DNA from: Mesotaenium endlicherianum
Taxonomy: Eukaryota
DNA length: 64,000 bases
Direction of reading: 5' to 3'
Assembly (NCBI GenBank): GCA_009602735.1
Contig: WELA01001462.1
Coordinates: 238,895 to 302,894 of the forward strand
In this document: one piece after another, positions 1-13,754 of the stretch
Numbering within the stretch: position 1 is the first letter of the stretch
Layout: the number at the start of each line of letters is the position of its first letter
The notes under the pieces: generated by a model
What the model saw: only the letters and a program-made list of their open reading frames with translations
Databases searched by the model: none
What the model was told of the DNA's origin: nothing
Position numbers and translations under genes: made by a program

Positions 1-45
1 CCCCCCCCAAGTGCTTGACTTCGCCAGTCCTCGGTTCGCGCACGC

Positions 46-2487
46 CTACTGTAATCTCTCCCAGCCTTCAGCTAAGACTTCGACGATGCTCACCAATTCG
101 CGGGGAGCATTCTGATTGTCGGCCTCCACCGCGCCTCCAGAGATGCGGCGCCCTCGCATGGTCCACGCGCTCAGCAGCTCTTCGTCCTCCTTGCCCAGAC
201 TGCTGCTGCTTCCCCCGGGGGTTGGTGTTGCAAGCGTGGTCGTCGTCAGCATGGAGTGTTGTGCTTCGTGCAAAAGGCGCAGTATCTGCCCCTCAGCCAC
301 CGGCAGCGCCACTGCCGCGGCCACTGCCGCCTGGCCAGATGGCAGCACCATGTCAAGCAGCCCCCCAGCATCAGCAGACCCCGCCACGTGGCAGAAGTGC
401 AGGGCCTCGAAGAAGGATCCCATCGACTTGGAAGCCCTGCGGAGGCGCAAATGCCTGCTCTTGTAGGGCAGCGCTCGGAGCGCCCCCACCGCCACCAGGA
501 GCTCTTTGAGTGCGCCCGCCAGCTCTCTTCCCTGCCCTCCTCCCTCCCCTCCTCCTCCTGCGGCTCTTCCTGTGGCCGTGGCAGTGGCAGTGGCAGAGGC
601 CAGGTAGTCCCCGAGAGCGCGCAGCACTGTGGCCACGTGCTCGTCCCGCGCTGGGGCTCCGCCAGAGGCACCAGAAGAAGCTGGGGCTGGGGTTCCAGGT
701 GCAGGCGCAGGTGCAGCAGTAGCAGCAGGGCCAGTCTCTCCCCGCGCTTGCCTCCACTCCACGGACCCTGTCTGCCGGCCAGGAAGGGTCATGTCTTTGG
801 AAGGGCCGCTGCTGCCGCTGCTGCTGCTGCTGTTGTGCGGGGGGGCATCACCATTCAGGAGCTCCTCGGCATCCGCGCGGTCTCTGAGCTCCAGCTGTGC
901 GCGGGCGGGCGCGGCCAGGTGGGCGCGCAGGCGCTGCGTGAGATCGTCCGTCAGCCGCCGCAGCGACTCCTCTGGCAAGATGATCCTCCTCTGCTTCACC
1001 TGCGGGGGCAGAGGGCAGGGGGCAGGGGGCAGGGGCAGAGGGGTGAGGCACATGAGGGCATTGTGCATGTTCTCTGAGATGGATGCCAGGTGACACCTCA
1101 GGTGCTGGGCGCCAAATGGGCGTGGAGGAGGGGGAGAGACAGTGGGGGCGGCCTCACCTCGTCCCAGTGGCGGGTGTAGCGGCGAGTGACGTCGGCGACG
1201 CCGTCGCGCGAGAGCGCCACCGCATAGGTCAGCCTCTTGCCCCACCTGCACACCCACGCCTGCCCCCATCCTTCCTCAGAAGAGCGAGCTTGGCTGTGGG
1301 CCCGGTCTGGCCTGGCTGGGCCCCCACGTAACCCCCCTCAAGCACATCCTGGTTAGCATAAGGAGAGACAGGCAGCAGCAGCTCATGATAATGATGATGC
1401 TTCCCGAGCCGCCCATGTGCTCCCATGCCACTGCAGCAGCAGCAGCAGCCGTAGCAGTTTTGAAGGTATTGCAAATCACGTACAGCACCAGCCAGCAGGA
1501 AGGACAAACGCCTGCAGAAGAAAACCCCACTTAGACAGGAAGAAATTGAGGGAGGGGGGNNNNNNNNNNNNNNNNNNNNNNNNNNNNNNNNNNNNNNNNN
1601 NNNNNNNNNNNNNNNNNNNNNNNNNNNNNNNNNNNNNNNNNNNNNNNNNNNNNNNNNNNNNNNNNNNNNNNGGGGGGGGGAGGGACGTACCCCGACTCAT
1701 AGAGAAGAGGCGTGTCGAAGGCGGCCTCGCAAGGGTCCAGGTGCACCCACCTGTGCGGCCCCTCACGTTGCCCCCCTCCCCCGCGGTCACGACTGACCCT
1801 CTCACTCACTTACTGCCGACATGCTTCTGGACAAGCTCTGTACACATGCATGCCTGCCCTCTTGGCAGAAACGTGTGATGGGGCCACTATGCACGCGGTG
1901 TGTGCTTCCAAACGTAGAGGTCCAACAGAGAGAGGAGCCCGTACGAGTCCCTCCTGCTTCGCATGCACATGTCTGGCAGGTGCACAGGAATGGCCCATGC
2001 CTTTCAAACATAGCTGCTTTTCTGACTGGGCCAGCTCACCATGCCCAGCGTCAACGCAGTCTGATTGGGCACAATGCTGTCCATTTTGGGAACAAGAACA
2101 TACACTCACACACACAAAGACACACTCACACACTTACACATATATACACAAGGGGAAAGAGAGGAGAGATAGCGTCATCCACCCTCGGGCACTGCAGGCA
2201 CACAGGAGGAGGAAGTGTGGAGGGCACCTGTTGCGACGTAAAGAGAAGCACTCAGTCCACACGTGGTCCGTCCAATCGTCCACCTGCACTTGCACATGCA
2301 CACGCGCCCACGGCCGTCGTGGCCCCGTGCACCGTCAAACAGAAGCACGCTGCTGGAGGAGCACCGGCTCCCACGCAGTCCCCTGCACTCTGGGCGGGCG
2401 CCCCAGTCCCCGAAGGCAGGAGGAGGATGCTGACAGAGACTGGTGTGCTGCAGGCAGCAGCCCTCCTGCCGACTTCTTTGGAAGACA

Positions 2488-2557
<70 letters not shown>

Positions 2558-4855
2558 TGAGCCGCCTCCTGCTCAAGGGGGTCCTAGAGAGCTTGGGGGG
2601 GAGGGCGGGAGGGGAGGGGGTGCATGCATCAGCAGAGAGTGGGCATCCAAATGCCCCCTCCAATACAGCTCCCTCCCAACCTTAGCTGCGGAAGTGACAG
2701 GTGGCAGTTGATGTCGGTCGGTCTGTCAGTCAGTCGGTCAGTCATGTCAGGCAGTCGGCCAGTCCGTTGGCTGGAGTGGAGTGGAGGAGAGTGGAGGGGG
2801 GGAGCGCGCGCGCCTTGCGGGTGGTAAAGCCCAGGGCGCGGCAGCACAGCGAGAAGCAGTTGGCCCACTCGCCGCACCGCCCCTGCCGCATCTCCAGAAG
2901 CTGCCGCCAGCCCGCCCAAATCAAGAAGGATCGTATCACCAGCTCGACAATTGGGTCAGTCCATGACTCTGCCAGCAGCCTGCTGTGTTTTGTTCGGCTA
3001 AAGAGAGAGGGTGGGGAGAAAGGTCGGGCACTGGGGGAGCAGGGGGCAGAGTGCCAAGTGCAGGCAGCAGGCAGCACCGCTTCCAGTGCCCAGTTGCATC
3101 ACTATCTGCTTGCTGGACACTCATGTATTCATCCACAATGAGACTGGTGTCGCAGCAGCGAGAGAGCGGGGACAGCCATGATGGTGCAGCTGCCAGTGCA
3201 CGAGGCCATGCGGGTTGTCTGTCTGTCCATGGGTAACATGAAGGGACGCATTTGGTGGGACAGATTGACAAGGCATGTGCAAGAGCCCTCCCCCACAAGG
3301 CAGGGCCCTCCTCACCTTGCCAGGATGGTTGTAGCGCACGAATCTGGCCAGGGCTCCACAAACGCCACACCTGATGTCGTCGTAGCAATGTACATGCCAT
3401 CAAGATCATCCCGGGCGTTACAGCAGAGAGTGGACTGACGCCGGTTGCATGCTGCTTGCAGGCAGGCAGGCGGACAGGCAAGCTCAGAGGGAGGGCGCAC
3501 ACACACAAACGGTAGGAAAGTGCAGCCCCTCACTTCCCCAGAAAACTCACAATCATACCCCTCGCATTTGGTGAGTGTGTCCAACCTTACAGCTAAAAGC
3601 AGTATGGATGCACACACACCAACACACGCATGCACGTACGCACACATACACATGCACACATGCGCGCGCGATTACACACAACACACACATATGGACGTGT
3701 GTGGCACGTACCTGTGCAGCTCGACTCGATGGCCGCCCCACATAAGGTCCTCAGATGTCGGCTGTCCGTGTCCAGCGTATGACGTCTTGGAATTGCACAT
3801 CTCGCACGCGGGCGAGTCTACCCACCTGCCAAAGGCAAAGGCAAGTGCAGAAGGGAGTGAGCAGACGGAGGGCGAGGAGAGGGAGAGGGAGAGGGAACAG
3901 AGAGGCGCCAAAAGAACACGTGGTGACCCTAATGTTCATAACTTGCAAAAAGCGTATGCCTTCTTGATTGGTGAAAACTGAGAACCATGCGTCCAAGAGT
4001 CAGCAGAACAAATGATGTCTCTAAGTTAACTATGGCCATCACCATGGGCCACAGCAGTAGACAGATAGAGAGAGACAAATTGGCGCGGCAGCTGCTGCTG
4101 CTGCTGCTGCTCCGGCTGCTGCAGACAGAAGGGAGGAGTAGCACAGCTCTCTGTGACAGCCCCAAAGCATGGCACCCTGTCCTTGTCTTGTGAGAGAGAG
4201 CCGGGGGCTGTTTTGAGAGACATCATCGTCATCATTGCATGCAGCACTTTGGAAAAGCACTCGCATCAGACCGAGGATGGTGTCAATCTGTTTCGTTGAA
4301 GACATGCAGAGGCTGCTCGCTCGACAGAATGTCAACCCTTTCCTAGAAGAAATTGCGCATAGAGCCTGCCAAAAATAGCATGCAGGCACGTTCGCGCATG
4401 TGTGTGTGGGGGGTGGTGTGTGTGTGTCTGAAGGAAGGGAGGGGTTGTGGCAGGGCCTGTGCTAGGAGGGGCAGGGTAGGGTAGCGTAGCGTGGCGTGGG
4501 AGAGTGGAGCATACGTGAACCAGGACTTGAACCAGACGAGCAGCTGCTGCAGAAGGGCGTCTTGCAAGGCCACCTCGCCCATGTGCTCCTCTCCTGCCTG
4601 CCGCACTCACTCACTCAACACAAACATACGCCCATCAGATGTGGGGTGGTATTGGCAGGGTGAGATCATGTCCCATTCATTTGGTGAAGCAGCAACTCAG
4701 CGAGAGAGAGGAATCCCTCGACATCTCCCACGCACCTGCTGCAACCCCAAGCAGACTGAGCCAGCACTGTTACCAAGAAGTCCCACCGCCCACACCTGGG
4801 CACCCAAAGCGGGCGCGCACGCAGAGGCGCGCAGACACACACTTGCGCGCGCGCG

Positions 4856-4913
<58 letters not shown>

Positions 4914-5222
4914 CGCATACACACACAGCAAGCTTGGATGCAACAGCTGTGCTTGCGGCCGCCGCTTGTGAGAAATCGCAAGCAAGGGGCGTGGTGCTTC
5001 TCCAATTGCTCGTTGGCAGACACCCGGCAGGCTACTCCCCCTCCTCCTCCTGGCCCGCAACTGAAAGCCCGCCCCGAGGCAGGCAGGATGTGCACGCGCA
5101 CGCGCACGCGCACCTTGAAGAGCGCCACCACAGCCTTTTCCTCCAGCTGGTCCAGGGGGATGAGCGCGCGCGCCTTGGCTTGCAGCGCCGCGTCCTCGTA
5201 CTGCCCGTTGCCCCAGCAGCAT

Positions 5223-5257
<35 letters not shown>

Positions 5258-7482
5258 AACAAGTCCCCTCCTCTTCCTTCAGCAGAGATCCGCAGAGGAA
5301 GCCGCTGCAGTGCACTCAGTTGCTAAAATAGCGGCCCCCCGACACGACACGCAGTCGCTGCAACGTCCTTGTAAGGGAACCTCGTGTGCACATCGCAAAC
5401 AGACTTTGTTGCTATCAAATCCGTTCAGCGGTGCGGTGGGGAGGACAACACAAACGGAGGACCTCATGGCCACGTGATCGTCGAGCCCGAGGGTAAAAAG
5501 CTTCTACGGCACCACGTGGTCAATAGAGAAAAAGAATGCGACAGAGGCGCAGCTAAATTGCTGCGGCAGGGTGACCAGAAGCCAGGCCTGCTGCAGGAGT
5601 TTGTGTGCTCACTACTTACCAGCTGCTACTTGCCAGTGGGTGGGTGCCGGGACGGCTGCATACTACACAAGGCTGACAGCTTGGATCGCACACGCGCGCA
5701 CGCGCGCACACACACACACACACACACAGGCGCGAAGAGGAGAACAAGGAGCACCCGTCCAGCTCGGAGTAAGTGGAAGACGAGACACCAAGCGAAGACA
5801 GTGCCTCCCAGGGAGAGAGAGAGGGAGAGCAGCGGAGGTGGTGGGCGACGTACCTGCAACACCACTCTGAGGGACCCCTCCAGCCGGCTTCTGAACTCAG
5901 CCTCTTCCCCCGGCCTGTGTTGAGCCTGAGCAGCAGCCAGCTGTGCCTTCTCCTGCTGCATCAGGGCTGCTGCAAGAGCCGCGTCCTCCTCTTCCTGCCG
6001 TCGCACATCCCCCGCGACAGTAAGAGAGGACGCTGGCACACACAACTCAGTTCTCCTCAGCACCGAAGTGTGAACGACTCACAAGCACTCTGAGCACTAC
6101 TCTCCGTAAGCAGTGAACTCCCCGACGGCAAGCAAGCATGGGGCAGCGGCAGCGCAGGAAGCTCCCTCGTACCCCCTCAGTGAGCTACGCATTGCTCCAC
6201 TCTCGAGGAGAATCCTCACGCTCGATTAACGCCAGTGACGAGTGCCTGACGCTCAGTGACTGATAGGGTGTGCCCACCTGCAGCTGGCGGGCAAACGCCT
6301 CGTCCGCATCTGCCTGGCCAGGTGCGCCTGCGTCAGGGACAGCCCCTGCCCGGCTGCTCGCATTCGGAAGCTCCGACATGCAGGCTGCCGAGGAGGACTC
6401 TTCTTCTTCTGCAGCTGTGGCGGCCTCTCGTTGGCCCACCAGCACCAGCTTGTGGCCGTCAGTCAGCGCCAGCCTGGACAAGTCCGTAGCCTCCAACAGC
6501 GGGCCTTCTGAGAGACCCATGATCTACCAAGAGCCAGCAGAGTGAGAATGCATCAGGAGGGCAGAGGCAAGGAACGCCCGCCCATGCGTTTGCTCACAGG
6601 CTCGATGCTCATTGCTACAGCGTAGCAACGAGCAAGAGGAGTTGGAAGAGTTTAGCGAGTCCCCTGTTTATAGCCACTGCTCCCCAGCAACCTGAGCGCT
6701 CTCTGGCTACCTCCCTCCCGCCCTCAGAGCCCTCCTTGTTTTTTCCGTTCTACAGCTTCCATGTCTTGTTCATTTTTCAGAAAACGTCTAACGCGTGACA
6801 ACCACTTACGAGCATAACGAGGATGCCTGTTTGAGTGTAGCCTTAACGTCTTACGGTCAACTTTGGCAAAAGTAGCTGATGTTTTCCAGTCAAGTGGAAG
6901 TCATGGTCGATCTGAGTCCAAAAGACGAAAATCGAGGATTGAGTCAGATGGGGCCGCTCACTTTCTGATTCTCAGGAGGCACCAGGGTCAGCGAGTAGAG
7001 CTGAATTCGCAGCACCTGCTCAACAGCTCCCCGGACAAGCATGAAGTCAGCATAAATGGAAAATGCCGTAAGGCCCTCTATTCATCTCAGTGTCCACAGG
7101 TAAAGGACTCGGGCACCATTCCACTCTATGGTGGCACGTCAAAGCTCTCAAACGGCAGATGATCTGTTCTGATCTGTTCTAAATTGGGAACTCCAAGCCC
7201 TGCATGCCTTGATCCCAAGAGTAGACTCTATTGACACTATAACGTTGTCCTCTCATGCCTAGTAGCAGCAAATTACACAGCATCCTTAAAGCGTATCCTG
7301 GATTGTTTGAGAGGATTAGAAAGTGTAGAAACGTTACTATTTCGCTGCAACGTCTGATTTGAGTTCACATGGAACACACACAAAAAGAGGTGAAAGTTTT
7401 TGACCTCAAGACCGTTATCCATGTCAACTTCCAGGTCATACTGGGAGCCCTCATGGTGCACCTCGATGCGCTTCGCCACCAT
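46..7482 (-). CDS. PNG1: Peptide:N-glycanase (PNGase), multi-exon; 3' end probably continues beyond window start
   Basis: Exons read on - strand: 7482-7405 [26 protein letters not shown]; 7015-6962 [18 protein letters not shown] (plant PNG1 N-terminus); ~5200 [15 protein letters not shown]; ~3820 [10 protein letters not shown]; ~3320 RYNHPGK; ~2880 [12 protein letters not shown]; ~2283-2228 [10 protein letters not shown]; ~1740 WVHLDPCE (Cys-His-Asp triad); ~780 [17 protein letters not shown]. One or more exons may lie in the N gap 1560-1671. Confidence 0.93.
2484..2553. repeat. Compound (AC)n(AG)n intronic microsatellite
   Basis: Seen directly. Confidence 0.95.
4858..4911. repeat. (AC)n intronic microsatellite
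   Basis: Seen directly. Confidence 0.95.
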
Positions 7483-8250
7483 GTTAGAATTCTCTATTGG
7501 TAGTTCTCTGGCTTTGGACCCGTCTTAGAAGCTTCTGCAAGGACAATTTGCGCGTTGACACGATGAAATTGAAGATACTTAAGCATGGTCCCAGCTCAAC
7601 CCTCCATCAGAGAGCACTATGCAACAGCGCCATAGTCCGCTCGTGGAGGAGGACGGCCGGCATTCACGCATTCACTGCGGGGCAGAGAAAGAACGTTCAC
7701 AGATCATAACATCAGCTCCTCAAAGATCGTTGGAATTCAGTCTCAGAATTGCTCCAAGTTGCTTCGTCCTGTTGCTGTTTTTACGAGTCTTATCATTGCC
7801 TCCTTTCTTTGCACGGAGTGCGCGACTTTTCAGTGACGAGCAGCAGTTACAAGAACCAATAAGGACTTCGCACGAACATTAGTAGACCAAAGCGTTGACT
7901 TTCTACGTAGTTCGAAGTCGAAGTCACTTATCGTAGTAAAGAATGGTAAAGAACCGGAAAGTAGCGCAATCACGGATTCAAGGGACTAAAGCTAGTGGGT
8001 CAATTATATATCAAGAATCAAAATGACATTTTGGCACCCAGAAAGTTTTCAAGCTCAGAGGTTGCATGCAGCGAGCGGCACTGAGGAGCTCTGATATGCC
8101 TCGTGCGTTTCCTTCCGAGTGCCGCAGTTCGTGACGAAGTGGGCTAAGAGCAGCTAAAGACAGTCTTCTGAGTTTGGGACGAGGTAATAACTCGCGTAAG
8201 AACCATCAGACGATCATCAACGCTACCAGCATATAAGCTGAATCCTCTAC

Positions 8251-11200
8251 ATGGCGGGTGGCACGAGGAAAAGATTGAATAATGGGGAAGGAGGAGATGT
8301 TAGAGGGGATCAACGGGGAGCCAGGAAGAAACCAAAGATGGTAGAGACCGTGTCAGCGGGGAAGATGGAAGATGCTGACCAGGACATGATTCGAAAAGCT
8401 TTTGAAAACGCAAGGAAGATTCTGATGCAAACTGCTGCTCTTGATGGCGATCAGCATGGGGGATCAAACGCAAACCAGGGGAACGACTTAGAGGGCTTGC
8501 GACCAGATAATGCTCCTAGAGAGAATGCAACGGAAAATAAAACAAATACACCTGCTCCTTCGAAAAAGAGGCAACGTACTGGACAAGATGCTTCTAGCCA
8601 CGAAGGTCTTCCCAGCCAAAAACAGCCCAAGAAGCTTCTATCAAAAACCCGTCAGGCAGTGGGAAAAGGGATTATCCGAACAGACGGTCAGAGAGTATCA
8701 AAACCAGGCAAGTCAAAGAGCGCTCCACCCTTAGCATCAAAGAAGGACGTTCTGGGTGAGAGTGAGGATGAAGGTAAAGAGCCAGTCAAAGCAGTCAAGA
8801 AGTCACCAGGTGGCAAGAAGAAGAAAGCCCCTGGTGGTCCCAACCGTCTGCTGCGTGTGCCTCCTCTACCAGCAGATGGTGCAAGTGCAGCTGAGCTGGC
8901 AGCCTGGTTCTGGGAAGCCTACTCATCAAACTTCAAGAATTCTATATCCCCCCTTGAAGATCAACCTATTCCAGGTGTGAGCTTCTCTCCATCCTGTCGT
9001 TCTTCAGCTCCTGCTGTTTCATTGTAAACTAGTCACCAACTGATAGTGTACGTCACCGCTCTTAGCGCCAGCTATGTGTACCTAAAGGAGGATGAAGTGG
9101 GTTAGCGGGGTGCATGCATGCTTAACGAGTTACTGCAGGATCTCTCAGTGTGAAGGGTGGCGTGGGCTGCGCTTGTTTGCCAAGGGAGGGCGCATGGGTG
9201 GTGGGCGAGCAGCCATGCTCGCCTTTGAACGGTCGCGCATTGGCAGAAGCATCACAGCTGTTTATTATTCATTAACAGCTTCCGCAGGACACACATTCCA
9301 CTATGGCAGCCCAAGAGCCAGCTGCTTGTCGTGAAGGGACCTGGCTTGCCCCCCCCCTTCTCGCCACGCTGGGCAGTCCCATATCTTGAACCAAGGATCT
9401 GTGCCAACTCTGTCACAGAAAGAGCAGCTGTCGCTGACTAGAGGCAGTGTGTGGGAGCATCCATGGTGGCAGAGAGCAGCATGGCGGTGCTGCAGAGGGC
9501 GGCCGGCGAGGACCCTGTGGCCACTCTCGCGACGCATGTCAAAGCGCTGTTTGGTCCCGACTGGAGGAGCTCCTTGTGTGGCGGGAGTGCTCCCTCGGTG
9601 CCCGGCGGCCACGGCCATAAGCAGCAGGCGGAGGGGCAAGCAACAGACGATGCAGAGGGCCCTGCTCTGCTCATCATCTGCTCGTCAGCCAAGAGATGCA
9701 CCGACATGCTGAGGTACGCACGCGGGCACGGTGCGGGAATAGCGACGCTGCGCCCTTGTGAGGGGTGCTTCGCGCTGCGGGGGAGACGCTGCCTGTGTGC
9801 GTGACCGCCGGCTTCTCCATGCAGAATGCAGGGGGCTTGCAGCACACCCTGCTGAACGAGGGGGAGCGTCAAGTGTGTGGCGGAGGCGGAGTGGGTGGGG
9901 TGCTCTGCCTCTGTGTCAGGATATACATGCGCCCTGGCAGGCACATCCGGAGGAGCAGGACTCGCTTAGCCTGGGGTAGGCTCTGGGCCAGCCTAGAACA
10001 GTGGGTTGGGCTAGCATTACCCTGAACGATGTCTGTCGGATGTCTGGCAGGCTTGGAAGTGACCATAATGTGGGGGGGATGGGGGGGACGCGGTGCCCTC
10101 TCATTGTGGCACGTGGCCTTTCACTCACGTGGGGCTGGTGAGCCAGGGGTGAGGCCTCTCGGGCGCTTGTGTAGAGCCAGCCAGCACGTACACTCACTTG
10201 TGGCGCTGGGCGTATGCGTTCGTGTGGAGTGTGCAGAGGAGTGCGGCCCCTGGGGAGGGGCTGCCGCACCGCCAAGCTGTTTGCCAAGCACATAAAGGTC
10301 CAGGAGCAGATGAGCGCACTGCAGGCGTCCCCCGTGCACGTGGCAGCTGGGACCCCCAACAGGTGACTTGCTAAGAGGCGACACCACCTCTCTGGCAAAA
10401 GTGGAGCAGCACCTCCTTCCTCCCCCCCGTCCCACACCCCTAGCGCTCCCTCCCTCCTCTGAGGCCCTAACGAAGCAGTGGAAGGAAGTTGCATGTGCCC
10501 GATCAGCCGTTTCCTTTTTTGCCGTATTCCTGTGACTGGATCTATGTAGTGAATCCGTGTGCAAAGGTTTAGGGTTGCCTCTGCTGCAGCCTGCGTAGCA
10601 TCTAGCACGAGGATGTGCTCATAGAGTTGGCCTTGCTGCCGATGATGCTGTCTGTGCGGAGGGGAGTCAGGCTGAACCAGCTGGTAGGCGCAGGCGCGCT
10701 AAGCGTGAGCGGCCTGCAGGTGCTGCTGCTGGACTTGCAGCGCATGGCCAAGGGCCTCACGCTGCTTGACGTCCCGGAGCTCAGGTATGCATCTGCCCGC
10801 CCGCCTGCCCACCTGTCTCCCTGCCTGTCCCCGCCTGCCTGCCTGCCTGCCCCCCTCTGACTGTCGGCCTGCCTGCATGGCTGATGCACGCTGCGGTTAT
10901 CGAGGTCTGTAGCTGCACCCGATCCCTCCTGCAACCTCTTTTTCGGTTTCCTGCCACTTCTTGTAGCATCCATCATGTCCAGCAGTCGCAAAAGGTGTCC
11001 CTCCCCCCTCCCCCCCCCCCACTCTCTCTCGGTCTCTCTCTCCTTCCTTCTTCCGTCCCCCACCCCCCTCACTCCCTCCCTTTACATCTTGGCATGTTGG
11101 ACTGTGCCACTCAGTTCTTTCACTCGTGGGAAGACAAAGTGGACCTCTTTCTTGCTGCCAGCAACTTAAGCACTTAGCTTATTTGCTTCTTGACCTATGT

Positions 11201-11602
11201 GGTGTAGCACGCTTGTCAATTTGCACAAAGTATTTGAAGCTTGTTGCACTGCATGTGAGTTGATCTTTATAGATAACCATACGGCGGGCTTCCTCAACAC
11301 ATGAGCATGCATTCAAGCGCTATCCACAGCACCGTAGGGATTTTCAACATCACACAAGCACTCAAGCATCCCCGTGTACGTCAAAGCCTGCCACTGAAAG
11401 GCTGGCGGGCTGTGCCGAGTTCTATGATCTTGTGGACCGCATATTGGCTTGAGTGCTGGTGCTGTATTGACTAAATATTTGAACGCTCGTTGTAGTCTGG
11501 TTTTTTTTCTTTTTTTTGTGCAGAGTGGACTTCTGGGAGTTCTATCGTAAGCACCTCCATCAGAGAGTGCTTGAGGGAAATTGTCGTATCTGCATCTATT
11601 GA
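8251..11602 (+). CDS. CMSS1: CMSS1/Cms1-like 90S pre-ribosome factor (degenerate DEAD-box-like fold), multi-exon
   Basis: Lys-rich exon 8251-8974, then exons encoding LLIICSSAKRCTDMLR (~9670), AKLFAKHIKVQEQ..VAAGTPNR (~10270-10360), LLLDLQRMAKGLTLLDVPE (~10670-10783), and last exon 11524-11602 VDFWEFYRKHL..ICIY*. Confidence 0.85.
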
Positions 11603-13754
11603 GCAGATTCACCTCACAGTAAAGAACTGATGAGTGTGCAAGGGCCGAGAAGCTTAGGGTGAATAGCAAGAGTTGCTGTAGGTTTTCAGAGTTTTGTAAG
11701 CTTGTACTTGAACTAAGAGTCAAGCAAAAGCCTGAGGAGGCAACATTATCCAAACTCAAGTGTCCCTGCTTGCAAATTATTTGTGCAAAATAGTATTTTT
11801 GTGACCCGCTCGAGATGGGCAAAAGACCCACATAGAAGTAACTTTTGCAATAGTAAAAGAAGTTGAAGGCACCAAACTAATTGCAAATTAAGGCTTTGAA
11901 AGAACTCTAACAATAGATGGAAGCCATAAAATGGAGCTTGAGTGTGAAAACACTAAGGCTGCTGACTGAAAGAACTTGGTCAAAAATTCTAGACAGGTCA
12001 ATGGAGTGCAGAGTCTATAGTCAATTGGAGCTGACCATACAGGTGCGAAGTCAGCGGTCAACGATTAACAGGTCCCTTAACACATATGAAGGAGGCAACC
12101 GACATGGATAGGCACGACAATACCCGAGAATTGTGGTGAATACAGGTGAAAGCTGGGTGAAACTCAGTGAACCTGGGTGAAACAGTCGTCGAGGCTGGTC
12201 CAGGCTGTCAACACTGACGCGTATGCTGGGATGCACCGGATGTGCTTAGCCCAGCTTAGCCACATCCTCTTCCTCGTGTCGACGTCAAGTATCGAACAAT
12301 TGACTCGTCGTCGACACTTCCGAGCACTTCGGGCGCTTTTTTCTCTTCTTTCGTTCTTCTCATCAGCAAATTTGCACCCATTACTCTGACGGCCATAAAC
12401 CCGCCTAGACAGTTGGACCCTCCCGGGCCCCGGCTGCTCTCGGCGATCTTCCAACCGCGGAAGTGATCTCTAACCGCGGGCATAACCTGGCTTTGAGACC
12501 TGAAGGCTGAAGCCTGACAGTATCTGACAGGAATTTTCCTACTTCGTGCAATCTCGGTCATCAATTACCGGTGATTACCGGTCTCTGTTTCCAGGTTACG
12601 TACATCGTCATCGACAGCAGATCAACAGTCATCGGCAGAGCAAAGAGATGACCATGGAGATGACTGGAGATTGCTGGAGATGGCTGGAGATCGGCTGGAG
12701 CAGAGCTGGAGACCAGCTGGAGACAACCATCGCGGCTTTCGCAGTCACATGTGGTCATATGTGGTCAACTACAGTCCAATCATGGTACTTCGCTCTCGTT
12801 GGTTCTGCTGTTGCTCGTATCAGGTCTCATCCAGTCTCATCGCTTCTCGCTGGAGTTCGTTGTGGCTAGTTGTCACCTTTCACCACCTTTCCCTCAGCAG
12901 CACTCAGCAGTGATCAGCAGTGCTCAGCAGTGCCTTCCAATCAGCTTTCAATCTCGAAGGGCAGCGTACGTTGATGTACGACAGATTTGAGTATTTATTC
13001 CACATGGTATGTTGTGACCAATCAATTCAGTTTGATATCTAGGCCACCAAAGAGCTGCCCCTAGGCTTCCCATGTGGTTTGCAGAAGCGTGACGGTTCGT
13101 TATTGTCAGACTTGAGACTGCTGAAGACCGTCAGTTGGTGTCATTTGTCGTCAATCTTTGAAAAAGGAGTGTCAACCGTCCAATCTATATTACAAGTTGT
13201 TCAAACTTCAACTGACCAGCCCCGCTTTGCAGCTCAAATCCACCGCCAAATTCCTGAGCCCAACAACTTGCATATCTTCCTGTTCGACGTTGCGGGCGGG
13301 AATGTTACAAATGCAAACCGGTTTTCATCCCTTGGATCGTCCACCATGCCCGATCGAGTTTCAAATAGAAGCTCGATTGCATTTTCCTATGACGCGCGCG
13401 CCAGCCATGTCAGTCAGCCCCTGTTCTAATTGGCTCTCAAGTTCCACTACTCTATTTTCCACGTCGTACAGGTACAACCCTCATGCTAATTAATGGAGGT
13501 GTGGATGTCTTTCAGCTTCTGCTCTATGCCCTTTTCAGACCGAGAGAGCCACAGATTTCTACGTCATTTTAAGACGGGTTCCACCTTTACTTTCCCGGTA
13601 TCGTTTTGGGAAGAGGGAGCCTCAAGTCCTTACGGAACTCAATTGATATTAATATTGTAGACTGTTTGCGATCCTTACGTTTTTGGTGTGGCGAAGGCGC
13701 TTCTGCAAGCTGCTGTAATCTTTGTAAGATATATAGTCATCTCTAGGCGGAGAA

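Noticed and set aside
15..6545. Many long overlapping ORFs on both strands
   Set aside because: They are shadows of GC-rich PNG1 exons and microsatellite-rich introns, with no independent motifs.
12130..12935. CRISPR-like array
   Set aside because: Units are about 10 bp and degenerate, without unique spacers, in a eukaryotic context with no cas genes.
13079..13493. Short ORFs upstream of CTPA3
   Set aside because: No motif or splice support.
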